Shown here piece by piece: positions 20,764 to 30,705 of a DNA stretch of 64,000 nt. The stretch is from Gemmatimonadota bacterium. Its GTDB lineage: Bacteria; Gemmatimonadota; Gemmatimonadetes; Palauibacterales; Palauibacteraceae. The notes below the pieces were generated by a model. It did not search any database. It was not told the DNA's origin and worked only from the letters and a program-made list of their open reading frames with translations. The stretch is taken from the NCBI GenBank assembly GCA_046758745.1, contig JBHIAV010000003.1, forward strand, positions 32,001 through 96,000. The letters run 5' to 3'. Both the position numbers and the translations under genes were made by a program. Positions within the stretch are counted from its first letter, which is position 1. Each line of letters begins with the position of its first letter.

Positions 20764-21465
20764 TCAGAGCAAAGCTTGCCGCAGCGACAGAATCTCGCTC
20801 CCGCCGAAGGGATCGATCCGGGACGCCACCGCAGGAGGTAGGTGCCGGCCCATCCAGCGAAGGCCGCCCTCTTCCAACAGCTCCGCCACGTAGTTCCAGT
20901 CGACGATCCGGGCGAGCCGGCGGACGTCCGGATCGTTCGTCCGCTCCGGACTACGTGAGCCTTTCCGCCGAGCCCTCGCTCTCAGATGCGAGACCGCCTT
21001 CGGGATGAATGCGAGCTCCGGCGGCCCGGCCCGGTAACGGACCCCCTCCCACGACAGATCCCGGCATCGCCCCATCACGCTCGCCGGGACCTCCAGCGTC
21101 AGCCCCGCTCCCAGCGTGAAGACCAGGGCGTTTTTCCTCTTGCGGTAGCAGGAGACGTCGAGCAGCCCGAGCGGTCCGGTGACATGGACGAAGCCCGTCC
21201 TCGGCGAAAGGAGTCGGGGAAGCCGGAGTTCGGATGCGATCGCGACCTCCGACAGCCTCAGCACGCGGATCCTCTCGACGGCACTGAGCACCCGCTTGCC
21301 CCTCTCGAAGACCCCTCGCTCGATCGCGGCGTCGACGTCGTGTTCCGGCTGCCGGCAGTTCCCGAGCAACGGCAAGAAGCTGAGCGACCCGGATACGAAG
21401 TAGTCGTCGGAGCCTGCCACCGTCTCCAGCAGCCTCTCCAGCAACAACCCGGCGTTCGCGGACAC
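20764..21465 (-). CDS. hypothetical protein, probable Pol-beta-type nucleotidyltransferase fold
   Basis: YFVSGSLS...EHDVDAAI (GS..DxD) and later LLDV. Confidence 0.55.
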   Translation of the reverse strand: MSANAGLLLERLLETVAGSDDYFVSGSLSFLPLLGNCRQPEHDVDAAIERGVFERGKRVLSAVERIRVLRLSEVAIASELRLPRLLSPRTGFVHVTGPLGLLDVSCYRKRKNALVFTLGAGLTLEVPASVMGRCRDLSWEGVRYRAGPPELAFIPKAVSHLRARARRKGSRSPERTNDPDVRRLARIVDWNYVAELLEEGGLRWMGRHLPPAVASRIDPFGGSEILSLRQALL

Positions 21466-21618
21466 TGCTAGCAGCGGCTCACCTGGGGTCCCCGCTTTTT
21501 CCGACCGTCACGCCCCGATGCGGAAGGGACGCCTCCGGGCATGCCCTCGCGCCGCGCTGCGTATCGCGCCGATCGATGGTTGTCGGGGGAGCCGGCGAGG
21601 TCGTGCGAAGCATGCGGA

Positions 21619-22368
21619 TCACTTCGGGGCAACCTGTCCGGCCCACTCCGCGCTGACCCGACCGAGCTCCTCGATCACCTCGCCGTCCGAACGTCCCGAG
21701 CTCTTCCGCACATGGAACCCGTGGTCCGCTCCCTCCACGACATGGAGTGTCGCGGAATCCCCGAGCCGCTCGCACACCGGACGAAGCAGCTCGAGATCGG
21801 CGAGCGAGTCCCGGCTTCCCTGCACGAAGAGCATCGGCTGCGGGACCCGGATGAGGTGATCGGCCCGGTCGGTCGAGGGCCTGCCGGGGGCATGCAGAGG
21901 GAAGCCGAAGAAAGCGATGCCGAGCACCCGATCCAATCCGCCCTCCGACGCCGCCAGGGACGTCATGCGACCGCCCATCGATTTCCCCCCCGCGTGCATC
22001 GGAAGATCTCCTGCCGCGCCGGCGGCAGCCTCGATCGCCGAGCGGACGGTCGTGAGGAGGATCGGGTGTGGATCGGGCCTCCGACGCCCTCGCTCCATGT
22101 ATGGGAAGTGATATCGGAAGGTCGCGATTCGGTGGTCGGCCAGCGCCGCCGCCATCGCCTCCATGAACCGGTGTCGCATGCCGGCACCGGCGCCGTGGGC
22201 GAACACGAAGAGCCACCGGGCGTCGGGCGGCCGGAGGAGCAGCGCGGACACCTCGCCCGAGCTGCGGGTCGCCTGGAAGCGGATCGCCTCGGCGGCGTTC
22301 TGGGCTCCGTCACCGCGGCAGCCGGCGCGGCAGGTCGCTTCGGCCCGCCGCGATATGCTCTCGGTCAT
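21619..22368 (-). CDS. alpha/beta hydrolase (KANL3/Tex30-like)
   Basis: FAHGAGAGM, GGKSMGGR, FPLH, QGSRD, GADHGF; start may be downstream. Confidence 0.88.
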   Translation of the reverse strand: MTESISRRAEATCRAGCRGDGAQNAAEAIRFQATRSSGEVSALLLRPPDARWLFVFAHGAGAGMRHRFMEAMAAALADHRIATFRYHFPYMERGRRRPDPHPILLTTVRSAIEAAAGAAGDLPMHAGGKSMGGRMTSLAASEGGLDRVLGIAFFGFPLHAPGRPSTDRADHLIRVPQPMLFVQGSRDSLADLELLRPVCERLGDSATLHVVEGADHGFHVRKSSGRSDGEVIEELGRVSAEWAGQVAPK

Positions 22369-22644
22369 TTCTGAATCTCCGGGACGCGGCTAGGCACGAG
22401 CCCGTCATAAGCAAAGAGCCAGTCCCCCCGGGCCGGGTCGCTCGTCGTAGGCGCCGGCGGCGGGCACCGCGAAAGCGATGATCGCCCCGGGCCACGAGAG
22501 ATTCAACCGAGCGCGGACTGTTCGGCATCACCGGCCGCGGCGCACACGATCGGCGCGGGGACGTCGAGCTGGACGAGAGGCGCTTCGACCCGGAGCACTG
22601 GACGGAGGGATCTCTCGAGTAGAGGCGCGGGCGGCGCTCAGCCT

Positions 22645-24282
22645 TCAGCGGAGCCGCTCGCTCAGCCACTCCGCCAGGTCGGCCAGCACCCTGCGGGCCA
22701 CGGACTTCGAGGGGAGGCGGGCGTAGCCGGCCGGATCACCGTCGGGATCATCTAGAAAGAGGTGGTTGACGTCTGGATACACCCGCACGGTAACGTCCGG
22801 ATTCCCGCCTTCGCGCATCGCTGCTCCGAGCTCCTCCGCCTGATCCGGGGTGATCTGGGTGTCCGTCGCGCCCTGGAGTATGAGCGCCGGCGACCGCACC
22901 CGGCGGGCCTCCGCAAGCGGGTCGTGATCGAGGAACCAGGCGATCCAGGCGTGAACGGCGGCCAGCGAGTCGACCCGCTCCATGGCCGCGGCGAGCGCCG
23001 AGTCGCGGGCGACCGGCGCGATCGACGTGTCCCGTTCGATGGCGAAGGCGTTCTGGTAGCGCAGGATTTCCCGTCCCGTTCTGGAGGGTCCCGCCAGGGT
23101 GACGATCGCACCGATCGTCGGATCGGTCCCCGCCACCATCAGCGCGATGAGGCCGCCCTCGCTGTGTCCGACGAGGGCGATGCGGGAGCTGTCCATATCG
23201 GGCCGCCCGCGCAGATACGCGACCGCCGCCCGGAAATCCTCGGCGAAGTCGGCCGTCGTCGCGTTCCTCACATCGCCCGTGGAGGCCCCGAAGCCGCGGT
23301 CATCCATCCGGAGCACCACGATCCCTCTTCGAGTCAGGGTATCGGCGATATCACGGAACGGGCGGTAGCCGGGCACTGTCGCCAGGGCCTCATCACGGTC
23401 CTGCAGCCCCGAGCCCGTGATGAGAACGGCCGCCGGGACGGGGCCCGTCGCCTCCCGCGGACGGGCCAACGTCCCGGCCAGGGTGTGGCCACCGGGCCCG
23501 CGTACGGTCACCTCCTCCGCCACGTAGGGCGCGTCCGCGGGCGCTGAGTAGTCCGGCGGGGCGACTCGGACCTGCCCGGGGGCCTCGCTCCGCCTGACCT
23601 CGACGCCCTGCGAGGGCACGTGCCCCCCCAGGAGACGCCCCGCCGTGTCGATCACGCCTCGGAACTCGACCGGCCCGAGCATCACGCGCACCGAGTCCCC
23701 AGGGAGCGACTCGACCCCGGCGGTGATGGTTTGCCCGTTCCCGACCAGGAAGAGTGGCAACTCGACGCTTCCCTCCCCCATCGCCCGAGCCCGGAGGATG
23801 ACGTGCTCCACCAGAGCGAAGGAGAGGTTGAGGAACGGGATGGCACCTTCGCGGGTGCCGAGTCGCTGGTGCGGCGGGGCCGGCGATCCGCGAACCTCGG
23901 CGAACGCGCTGTCGCCCCGAAAGTCGATCTCCGCCGTCATCAACGGCTCCGACCCCGGCTCTGCCGCCGGCCGGATCTCCAGCTCGAAGCGCTCAGCCGT
24001 GAAATCCTCGGCGCCCCGGAGCCGGTAGGTGAGCCACCGGCCGGTCAGACGATCGGCGAGCACTCCCTCCAAGGACGGCCCCGTTCGCTCGAAACGCTCC
24101 ACCGCGATGGTGTCCTCGCCGAGCAGGACGACGAAGCCGGCGGGCGCCGCGGCATCCTGGGCGAGGAGCGGCCCGGCGAGGAGCACACGGCCGAGGAGCA
24201 TCGCCACCCCGACGCCCGACGCCACCGCACCGAACCTCACCCTACGCAACGCCTTTGCTCCTTTCCCGCCGGAAGGCCACAT
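22645..24282 (-). CDS. exported alpha/beta hydrolase (peptidase S9/esterase-like) with N-terminal beta-rich domain
   Basis: GSGLQDRDE, DDRGFG, GHSEGG, QGATDTQI, NHLF; start uncertain. Confidence 0.85.
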   Translation of the reverse strand: MWPSGGKGAKALRRVRFGAVASGVGVAMLLGRVLLAGPLLAQDAAAPAGFVVLLGEDTIAVERFERTGPSLEGVLADRLTGRWLTYRLRGAEDFTAERFELEIRPAAEPGSEPLMTAEIDFRGDSAFAEVRGSPAPPHQRLGTREGAIPFLNLSFALVEHVILRARAMGEGSVELPLFLVGNGQTITAGVESLPGDSVRVMLGPVEFRGVIDTAGRLLGGHVPSQGVEVRRSEAPGQVRVAPPDYSAPADAPYVAEEVTVRGPGGHTLAGTLARPREATGPVPAAVLITGSGLQDRDEALATVPGYRPFRDIADTLTRRGIVVLRMDDRGFGASTGDVRNATTADFAEDFRAAVAYLRGRPDMDSSRIALVGHSEGGLIALMVAGTDPTIGAIVTLAGPSRTGREILRYQNAFAIERDTSIAPVARDSALAAAMERVDSLAAVHAWIAWFLDHDPLAEARRVRSPALILQGATDTQITPDQAEELGAAMREGGNPDVTVRVYPDVNHLFLDDPDGDPAGYARLPSKSVARRVLADLAEWLSERLR

Positions 24283-24889
24283 AGGAGAAGACGAGCGGGA
24301 CCACCGCGGCCAGCATGACGGCCGTCCCCGCGATCCAGCCCCGCAGGCGCGCCGGGGCGACGATCGTGAGGAGGAACGTCACCCCCGCCCCGACGAAGCA
24401 GCGGCCGGCCAGGCGGTGCGTGGCCTTCCACACCGACTCGCTCTCCAGCGTCCACGGCGTTCGAATGCCGATCCACCAGTTCGACCTGACCCGCGGAAGG
24501 TAGTTGCCGATCGCAATCAGGACGACGCCGAGCGCGACCAGCATGAGACGCGGTCCCACGATCGGCCAGCCGAGGGCCTCCCCGAAGGAGAGCACCTCGA
24601 TGAAGGCGATGAGAAGGACGATCCAGTTGACGAGAAGCCAGTACGTTTCGCGGAAGCGCTCGTAGTGCTGCCGGCGCGGATCGATGCGCGGCAGGAAGAG
24701 AAGGAGGAGCCACACCAGCAGGCCGAGGCCCGGGAAGAGGAACGCGCCAGGCCACTTCGCCATCCAGCCGTCCGCCTCCCAGCGCAGGTTCCAGTGGGTC
24801 GGGATCTCTCGGGGAAGCGAGGGGAAGGCGAGGAGCGAGGCCGCCAGCATGGCGGCGATCACCACCGGGGCGATCCACGGCCGCCTCAT
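24242..24889 (-). CDS. sdpI: SdpI/YhfL family membrane protein (DUF1648 + SdpI)
   Basis: LP.EIPTHWN..ADGW, GNYLPR..NWWIGIRTPWTL..VWKATHRLAG. Confidence 0.88.
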   Translation of the reverse strand: MRRPWIAPVVIAAMLAASLLAFPSLPREIPTHWNLRWEADGWMAKWPGAFLFPGLGLLVWLLLLFLPRIDPRRQHYERFRETYWLLVNWIVLLIAFIEVLSFGEALGWPIVGPRLMLVALGVVLIAIGNYLPRVRSNWWIGIRTPWTLESESVWKATHRLAGRCFVGAGVTFLLTIVAPARLRGWIAGTAVMLAAVVPLVFSYVAFRRERSKGVA

Positions 24890-25161
24890 CGCCTCTTCCC
24901 CACATCGAACAGCTCCATGATCTCCTCCAGCACTTCCTGGAAGACGGTGCTCTCGAGGGAGTACACGATGCGGCGCCCCTCCCGCACCGCGCTTACCAGC
25001 CCCGCCTCCTTCAGCACCGCCAGATGGTGCGAAACGGACGCGCCCGTGATCGGAAAGAGCGCCGCGATCTCACCGGCCGGCATATCCCTGCTCCGAAGCA
25101 CGTGGAGGATCCGCCTGCGAGTAGGATCGGCCAGGGCATGCAGCGTCCGATCGATCGGCAA
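24886..25161 (-). CDS. sdpR: SdpR-like ArsR family autorepressor
   Basis: ALADPTRRRIL, AGEIA, SHHLAVLKEAGLV, YSLESTVFQE; coupled to sdpI. Confidence 0.88.
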   Translation of the reverse strand: MPIDRTLHALADPTRRRILHVLRSRDMPAGEIAALFPITGASVSHHLAVLKEAGLVSAVREGRRIVYSLESTVFQEVLEEIMELFDVGKRR

Positions 25162-25183
25162 CGGCCTCTCCGGGAGCGGGATG

Positions 25184-25216
25184 TTTAGACATACATCTAT
25201 TAGATGACTGTCTAAA
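25184..25216. promoter_or_regulatory. AT-rich palindromic operator upstream of sdpR
   Basis: TTTAGACA-TA-CATCTA-T-TAGATG-AC-TGTCTAAA, near-perfect 33-bp inverted repeat. Confidence 0.75.
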
Positions 25217-25468
25217 TAATGTCGGCGTCATATCCGCCCGTCAAGCTTCCGGAGGCTCCGCATCGCCGAGGTGCCCGGGATCTCCTCTCCGGCCTTGCCG
25301 CGTGTGCGCTCACCGGAACGGGGAGAATCTCCCCGCGCCTCTCGACGCCGGCCGTGTGGCGCGCTCGGTTGCCGCGCTACCTGACCCTCGGTTGCCGCGC
25401 CCCCGGCGGGGGCCGCATCCTGACCGCGGCCGGCCTCCAGCGAACTGACGGGGAGGGAGAGGCGACGC

Positions 25469-27019
25469 ATGTCTGCGGGGCATTCCGAGGCGGCGGAGCG
25501 CGATCGAGGCGCGTGGCGGAGCCAGCTCGCCCTCCCGATCGTGGGGATCACGCTCATGGCCGTCCTCCTCCGCTTGCCGTCCCTCCTGGACGCCTTCTGG
25601 CTGGACGAGATCTGGTCGCTCGAGCTGGCGGAGCAAGCGGGCTCCGCCGCGCGGGTGTTCACGGCGCTGCACCACGACAACAACCACTACCTGAACACCC
25701 TCTACCTGCTCGCCCTCGGGCCCGAGGCGGCCTGGCCCCTCTTCCGCCTCCCCGCCCTCCTGGCCGGAGCGGGAGTCGTCTACCTGGCGGGACGCCTCGG
25801 GGCAAGAGAAGGACGGGCGGAGGGCGTCCTGGCGGCTTTCCTCCTCGCGGTCTCGTACCCCTTCGTCCTCTACTCCTCCGAGGCCCGGGGATACGGCCTC
25901 GTCGTCTTGCTCTCCCTGGCCGCGTACGCCACGCTCGCACGTCATCTGGAGGACCGGCGCTTCGCGACGGCAGGGGCTTTCGCCGCCACCGCGTCGCTCG
26001 GCTTCCTGTCGCATCTCACCTTCCTGACCGTGTACGCCCCGCTCCTGGCCTGGTCGGCGTTCCGGATCGTGACGACGCGGCGCGGCCTGCGGGAGACGGT
26101 GGCCCGCCTCACCGCTTGCCATCTCCTGCCAGTCGCTACCGTCGCGGTGCTCTTCTTCGTCGACCTCCGGCACCTTCGCGCGGGCGGAGGGCCGGACCTT
26201 CCGCTCCTCCGCGGGTGGCTCGACGCATACGTCTACTCGCTCGGCGCGCCGCGCACGGGTCTCCTCGGCCTTGTCGTCGTGGTAGGGGGCGCAGCCGCGG
26301 TACTGCTGGAGCTCGAGGCGCTTCGGCGGCGGCGCGCCGACGAGTGGATCTTCTTCCTCTTCGTGCTGGCCGCACCGGTCGGTCTCCTGGTGGCGACCGG
26401 GACCGGCTACGCTCCGCCGCGCTATTTCCTCGCCTCCCTCCCCTTCGCCCTCCTCCTCCTGGCGCGCACCCTCGCGAGGGGATTCCGCACCGCGCCGGCC
26501 GGCCGCCTCGCCGCCGGTGCGCTCCTTCTCACCTTCGGAGTGGGGAACGGATGGCGGATCGGCCGATTCCTGGCCGAGGGCCGCGGAGCCTATCGGGAGG
26601 CGGTCGAGCACATGGCCGGGCACACGTCCGCCGCTCTGATTCGCGTCGGGAGCGATCACGACTTCCGGAACGAGAAGGTGCTTCACTATTACGCGCGCTT
26701 CCTGCCGGCCGGCAAGACGCTGAGGTACGTGACGGCCGGCGAGCGACCGTCCGCCCCCCCCGAGTGGTACCTCATCCACGACCTGGAGGATGACTTCCGG
26801 CCGGAGGTGAGGATCGCGATCGCCAGCGGAACCGGATACGCGCTCCAGGCGGTGTTCCGGAAGTACGGCCTGTCGGGCTGGAACTGGGCCGTGTACCGGC
26901 GCGAGGAGCGGGGAATGGGCCGTGGTCCGGCGCGAGGAGGGAGGAGCGAGTCGGCGTCCTACTCGCCGTCCCCGGTCGGGCCGGCCGGCGTCGCGGTTCG
27001 CTCCCGTGCGCGGCGGTAG
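25469..27019 (+). CDS. GT-C membrane glycosyltransferase (ArnT/PMT family 39-like)
   Basis: LRL..L..FWLDE, YSSEARGY, about 11 TM segments, periplasmic C-terminal domain. Confidence 0.78.
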   Translation: MSAGHSEAAERDRGAWRSQLALPIVGITLMAVLLRLPSLLDAFWLDEIWSLELAEQAGSAARVFTALHHDNNHYLNTLYLLALGPEAAWPLFRLPALLAGAGVVYLAGRLGAREGRAEGVLAAFLLAVSYPFVLYSSEARGYGLVVLLSLAAYATLARHLEDRRFATAGAFAATASLGFLSHLTFLTVYAPLLAWSAFRIVTTRRGLRETVARLTACHLLPVATVAVLFFVDLRHLRAGGGPDLPLLRGWLDAYVYSLGAPRTGLLGLVVVVGGAAAVLLELEALRRRRADEWIFFLFVLAAPVGLLVATGTGYAPPRYFLASLPFALLLLARTLARGFRTAPAGRLAAGALLLTFGVGNGWRIGRFLAEGRGAYREAVEHMAGHTSAALIRVGSDHDFRNEKVLHYYARFLPAGKTLRYVTAGERPSAPPEWYLIHDLEDDFRPEVRIAIASGTGYALQAVFRKYGLSGWNWAVYRREERGMGRGPARGGRSESASYSPSPVGPAGVAVRSRARR

Positions 27020-27558
27020 AGCCGGCGGAGGAGGAAGGTGACCGCCAGGATGGTGACGATGGCCAGCCACACGCCTCCGAAGACCGATGCGTCGAGCTGC
27101 GCGGCGGACTCACCGACCAGGTACCCGATCGTCCCGATCCCGATCGCCCACACCATGCAGTTGATCGCCTCGCCGATGAGGAAATAGGGCGCCGATACGG
27201 AGCTGAGGCCGATCGCCACGGCCCCGATTCGCCGCATCCCGTACATGTACTGGAGGGCGATCACGGCGGTCAGAGATCGGCGGCGGATCAGCGCGTCCAT
27301 ACGGCCGATCCCCGGCCCCCAGCGGGGGAACCAGGCCAGTATCCGCTGGCCGCTGAACACGCGCCCCAGCGTGAAGAAGAGGAAGTGGCTGAACCAGCTG
27401 CCCACCGCCGCGGCGAGCCACACCGCGAACGGATCGAGCAACCCCCTGTTGGCCAGGGCGGCGGCGGAGATGAGAACGGTCTCGCCCTCCAGGAACGAGC
27501 CGAACGCCACGCCCAGCCAGCCGTACTCCCGCAGGAGCTCGAGGACGGTGGGATCCAC
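26959..27558 (-). CDS. DedA family membrane protein
   Basis: YGWLGVAFGSFLEGETVLI, YMYGMR, VWA..GYLVG. Confidence 0.88.
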   Translation of the reverse strand: MDPTVLELLREYGWLGVAFGSFLEGETVLISAAALANRGLLDPFAVWLAAAVGSWFSHFLFFTLGRVFSGQRILAWFPRWGPGIGRMDALIRRRSLTAVIALQYMYGMRRIGAVAIGLSSVSAPYFLIGEAINCMVWAIGIGTIGYLVGESAAQLDASVFGGVWLAIVTILAVTFLLRRLYRRARERTATPAGPTGDGE

Positions 27559-27846
27559 GGGGCTGGAGCGGGCCGGGCGCCGCGGGCTATGCGCCCGTTT
27601 GTGCGGGCCGAGCCGGCCCGCCGGGGCCGGCCATCCGTCCCGTCACCACCTACCCGACAGCTCGAGGCGCGCGAGCTTCATGCCGACCCTCCCCCGTGAT
27701 GTGATGCGAAGTGCGAGCGTCGTTCCGTCGGCGTCAGGATGCGGCCGCTCCACCGCAAGGCACAATACCTCGCGGGGCGTGGGGTGGGGCGCGGTGCGGG
27801 CCGCGTCCGCTGGAAGAGGCGTCGTCCGACCCGGACGACGGATCCG

Positions 27847-28068
27847 CTACAGGCCGAGGAGAAAGCGGTGCTCCACCGGGCTTCCGCCCGCGTGCACCAC
27901 CTTGTCCGGTCGGAAGTCCACCAGGGTGATGCGGTCGCAGCCGTCCGGATAGGACGTCTCGACCCGCCACCGCCGCATGTCGCCGTCGCGCACCTCGGCG
28001 ATCGTAGCCCTGGTGGGGCGCTCCCGGTGCGGGCAGCTCTCGACGACCACCGCCTTATCGGGCTCCAT
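27847..28068 (-). CDS. small hypothetical protein (73 aa)
   Basis: ATG start, balanced composition, fills an otherwise empty intergenic gap; no recognised motif. Confidence 0.4.
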   Translation of the reverse strand: MEPDKAVVVESCPHRERPTRATIAEVRDGDMRRWRVETSYPDGCDRITLVDFRPDKVVHAGGSPVEHRFLLGL

Positions 28069-28394
28069 CGCTGGGCGCTCTCCGCTGGGATTGACAGCCT
28101 CCGGACGGGCCGGAGCGTGGATCCGGGTTGCAGAAGCAAAGAGTCTGCCACACCTTGGGAATCAGCTTGGATCAGCCGCAACGTGCTGCAAGAGCGTCGC
28201 TTACGTGGCGCGCACATGCCGGGCTGGGTTGCCGCCCTCACCGGTTGCGCCCGACCGGGTGGCGATACGCAACACGCCCCGGTGAGCGGTGCGTGGCGGC
28301 TGCCACGTGCGCGCGACACCCGATGCCGTCGTATATTCCCCGCGAAGCGGCAATCCGCTTCCCTCCTACCGACAACCCACTCGCGGGAGCAAGG

Positions 28395-28901
28395 ATGGCG
28401 AGCGAGAAGCTTCGGAAGGCTATGAACGAGCAGATCGGGCACGAGCTCTACTCCTCTCACCTGTACCTGGCGATGTCGGTCTACTGCGCGGACCGAAACC
28501 TCAAAGGTTTCGCCCACTGGATGCGCCAGCAGAGCCGGGAAGAGGCGGGCCACGCCATGAGGTTCGTCGACTTCCTCCTCGAGTGCGGGGAGCGCGTGGA
28601 GCTCGCGGCAATCGACCAACCCCCTGCCGATTTCGGATCCCCGCTGGACATCATGCAGGGCTCGCTCGACCACGAAAGGAAGGTGACAGGGCTGATTGAG
28701 AGGCTGTACGAGACGGCGGGAGAGGAGAAGGACTACCCGGCCCAGGTCTTCCTGCAGTGGTTCATCAGCGAGCAGGTGGAGGAGGAGAGCCGTATAAGCG
28801 AGATCGTCGAGCAACTCAAGCTCTTTGGCTCAGAGGGCATCGCCCTGCTCACCCTCGACCGGGAGCTCGGCTCGCGGACCGCAGGCGAGGGGGAGGAGTA
28901 G
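28395..28901 (+). CDS. non-heme ferritin
   Basis: NEQIGHELYSSHLYLAMS, GFAHWM..QSREE..HA, FLQWFISEQVEEE. Confidence 0.93.
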   Translation: MASEKLRKAMNEQIGHELYSSHLYLAMSVYCADRNLKGFAHWMRQQSREEAGHAMRFVDFLLECGERVELAAIDQPPADFGSPLDIMQGSLDHERKVTGLIERLYETAGEEKDYPAQVFLQWFISEQVEEESRISEIVEQLKLFGSEGIALLTLDRELGSRTAGEGEE

Positions 28902-28909
28902 CGGGGCGT

Positions 28910-29671
28910 ATGGCTGGTTTTCGCGTCGGGTCCGTACTCGCGGCCTTCCTGGCTCTGGCCCCCGGCCTTCCGGCTCAAGCGCCGGAGGATGAGGAGCCGC
29001 TGCCGAGCGGGCTGCCGCAAGCTCGGGAGGCTCTCCCGATCACGCCGGCGGAGGTCCTCCGCGTTATCGAGTACGCGAACCCGCTCGGGATCGCGGTCCG
29101 TGAGCTTCCCCGGCAGCTGAGCCGCGCGGAGATCGGCCGCATCCAGGTGGCGCTGGCGGAGCGCGGCTTCGACCCGGGCACGCGGGAGGGAGAGCTGGAC
29201 GCCGCTACCGCCGAGGCGCTCCGGGCGTTCCAGCAAAGTCGGGGGCTGGCCCCGTGCGGCTGTGTTTCCTACGAGACCGTGACGGAGCTCGGCATACCGG
29301 TCGTGATCGTGCTCCGGCTCGCCAATGCGGGGGATTCGAAGGGGACGCGGCGAGTGAGCGCCGCGGAAGCCGGACCGGAAGGAGAGGTCGGGGGCCGGAG
29401 CAGCAACGCCTCGGCCGAGGGGTACGAAGGGGCCGAGCCCTGGGCCGCGTGGAGCCCCGTCTATCCGGTCCTCTTCCATCAGCGGGTGGAGTTTCTTCCC
29501 CCGGAAGACGGCGAGGGCGCGGTTCCATCGGCGGAGCCGCGAGGGGCCGGAACGACTTCCGGCGGCGCGACGGGTGACCGCGCGGTCCGTCCACCCGGGG
29601 TGCGCCCCGCCCCGCCCCCACGCACAGCGCCGCCCCTGCCCGGGCGGATGGCGCCTCGACGCTCGTTCTGA
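28910..29671 (+). CDS. exported protein with a peptidoglycan-binding (PG_binding_1) domain
   Basis: Signal peptide; IQVALAERGFDPG..GELDAATAEALRAFQQSRGL; Pro/Gly-rich tail. Confidence 0.75.
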   Translation: MAGFRVGSVLAAFLALAPGLPAQAPEDEEPLPSGLPQAREALPITPAEVLRVIEYANPLGIAVRELPRQLSRAEIGRIQVALAERGFDPGTREGELDAATAEALRAFQQSRGLAPCGCVSYETVTELGIPVVIVLRLANAGDSKGTRRVSAAEAGPEGEVGGRSSNASAEGYEGAEPWAAWSPVYPVLFHQRVEFLPPEDGEGAVPSAEPRGAGTTSGGATGDRAVRPPGVRPAPPPRTAPPLPGRMAPRRSF

Positions 29672-29694
29672 GGAGGCTCCTCCGCGTGCGGCGT

Positions 29695-29754
29695 GAACGC
29701 CGTTCCGAGCACGGTCGCGAGCGCGGATCCGAACGCCGTTCCGAGCGCGGATCC
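29695..29754 (+). repeat. degenerate 12-bp tandem array (5 units), intergenic
   Basis: GAACGCCGTTCC / GAGCACGGTCGC / GAGCGCGGATCC / GAACGCCGTTCC / GAGCGCGGATCC. Confidence 0.75.
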
Positions 29755-29893
29755 GCACGCGTGCGGGCGCCGGGGGGTGCGAGAACGCTCCGGGCGCGCA
29801 TGCGCCTTGCGTACCTCCGGAGTGCGAGGTAGACAGGTGAAGGGAACTCGGCACGAGCCCGAGGCAGGAAGAGGGACCCACCAGCGAGGACGC

Positions 29894-30382
29894 ATGTCAC
29901 GTCTGCGCGCCGCTCTTCTCATCATCGCCCTCGTCGCCTGCGGCCGCCCGGATGCGGGAGGGAGCTCGGCCGAGGGCTCGGCCACCACCGGAGAGCGGGC
30001 CCGCGGCGAGATCAAGCATGATTTCGCCGAAGAGCTCGGGGTCAACCTGGCTTCCATGACGCGGACGGCGTCGGGACTGTATTACCGGGACCTCGCCGCG
30101 GGGCGGGGGCTCGATGCCCGGCCCGGCCACGTCGTGGTGATCCGTTACACGGAATGGCTCCCCAACGGCGCCCGGGTCAGCGGCCACGACAGGCTCGATT
30201 TTCCGCTCGGCGGCGGGAGGGTGATCGCCGGATGGGAAGAGGGGATCACCGGCATGCGCATCGGCGGTAGGCGGCAGTTGGTCATCCCCCCACACCTCGC
30301 ATACGGATCGCGGGGCCGTGGTGAGATCCCGCCGAACGCGACCCTCATCATGGACGTGGAACTGCTCGAGATCCGGATGTGA
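29894..30382 (+). CDS. FKBP-type peptidyl-prolyl cis-trans isomerase, lipoprotein
   Basis: Lipobox LVAC; TASGLYYRDL, VIAGWEEGI.GM, IPPHLAYG, IPPNATL. Confidence 0.92.
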   Translation: MSRLRAALLIIALVACGRPDAGGSSAEGSATTGERARGEIKHDFAEELGVNLASMTRTASGLYYRDLAAGRGLDARPGHVVVIRYTEWLPNGARVSGHDRLDFPLGGGRVIAGWEEGITGMRIGGRRQLVIPPHLAYGSRGRGEIPPNATLIMDVELLEIRM

Positions 30383-30432
30383 CAAGTCGCTCCCCGCCCG
30401 ATGTGAGCCCGCCCGAGCTGGCTGTCGTGCCG

Positions 30433-30705
30433 TCATTCCTCCAAAGACCCGGCGGCGATGCCCAGGAGGAGGGTCGCGAGACAGCCGCCGCCGTACACGA
30501 CGAGGACGGGAAGCCAGCTCCGCCACACGAAGAGGGCATACCACGGGGCCACGGCTAGGGTCAGAGGGAAGAGGATCGAGGCCAGGATCAGCCCCCACAG
30601 ACCCGCCAGCGCGTGCGCGATCTGCAGCCCGAGGGCCAGCCCCGACAGGCCCACCACGCCCCACGACACGTATGCCGTCCCGCGCAGCCACACCGCTCGC
30701 CGCAT
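30433..30705 (-). CDS. small hypothetical membrane protein
   Basis: AGGAGG RBS, about 3 hydrophobic segments. Confidence 0.6.
   Translation of the reverse strand: MRRAVWLRGTAYVSWGVVGLSGLALGLQIAHALAGLWGLILASILFPLTLAVAPWYALFVWRSWLPVLVVYGGGCLATLLLGIAAGSLEE

Noticed and set aside
28070-28394. Fur/iron box upstream of ferritin
   Set aside because: No convincing match to a GATAATGATAATCATTATC-like palindrome.
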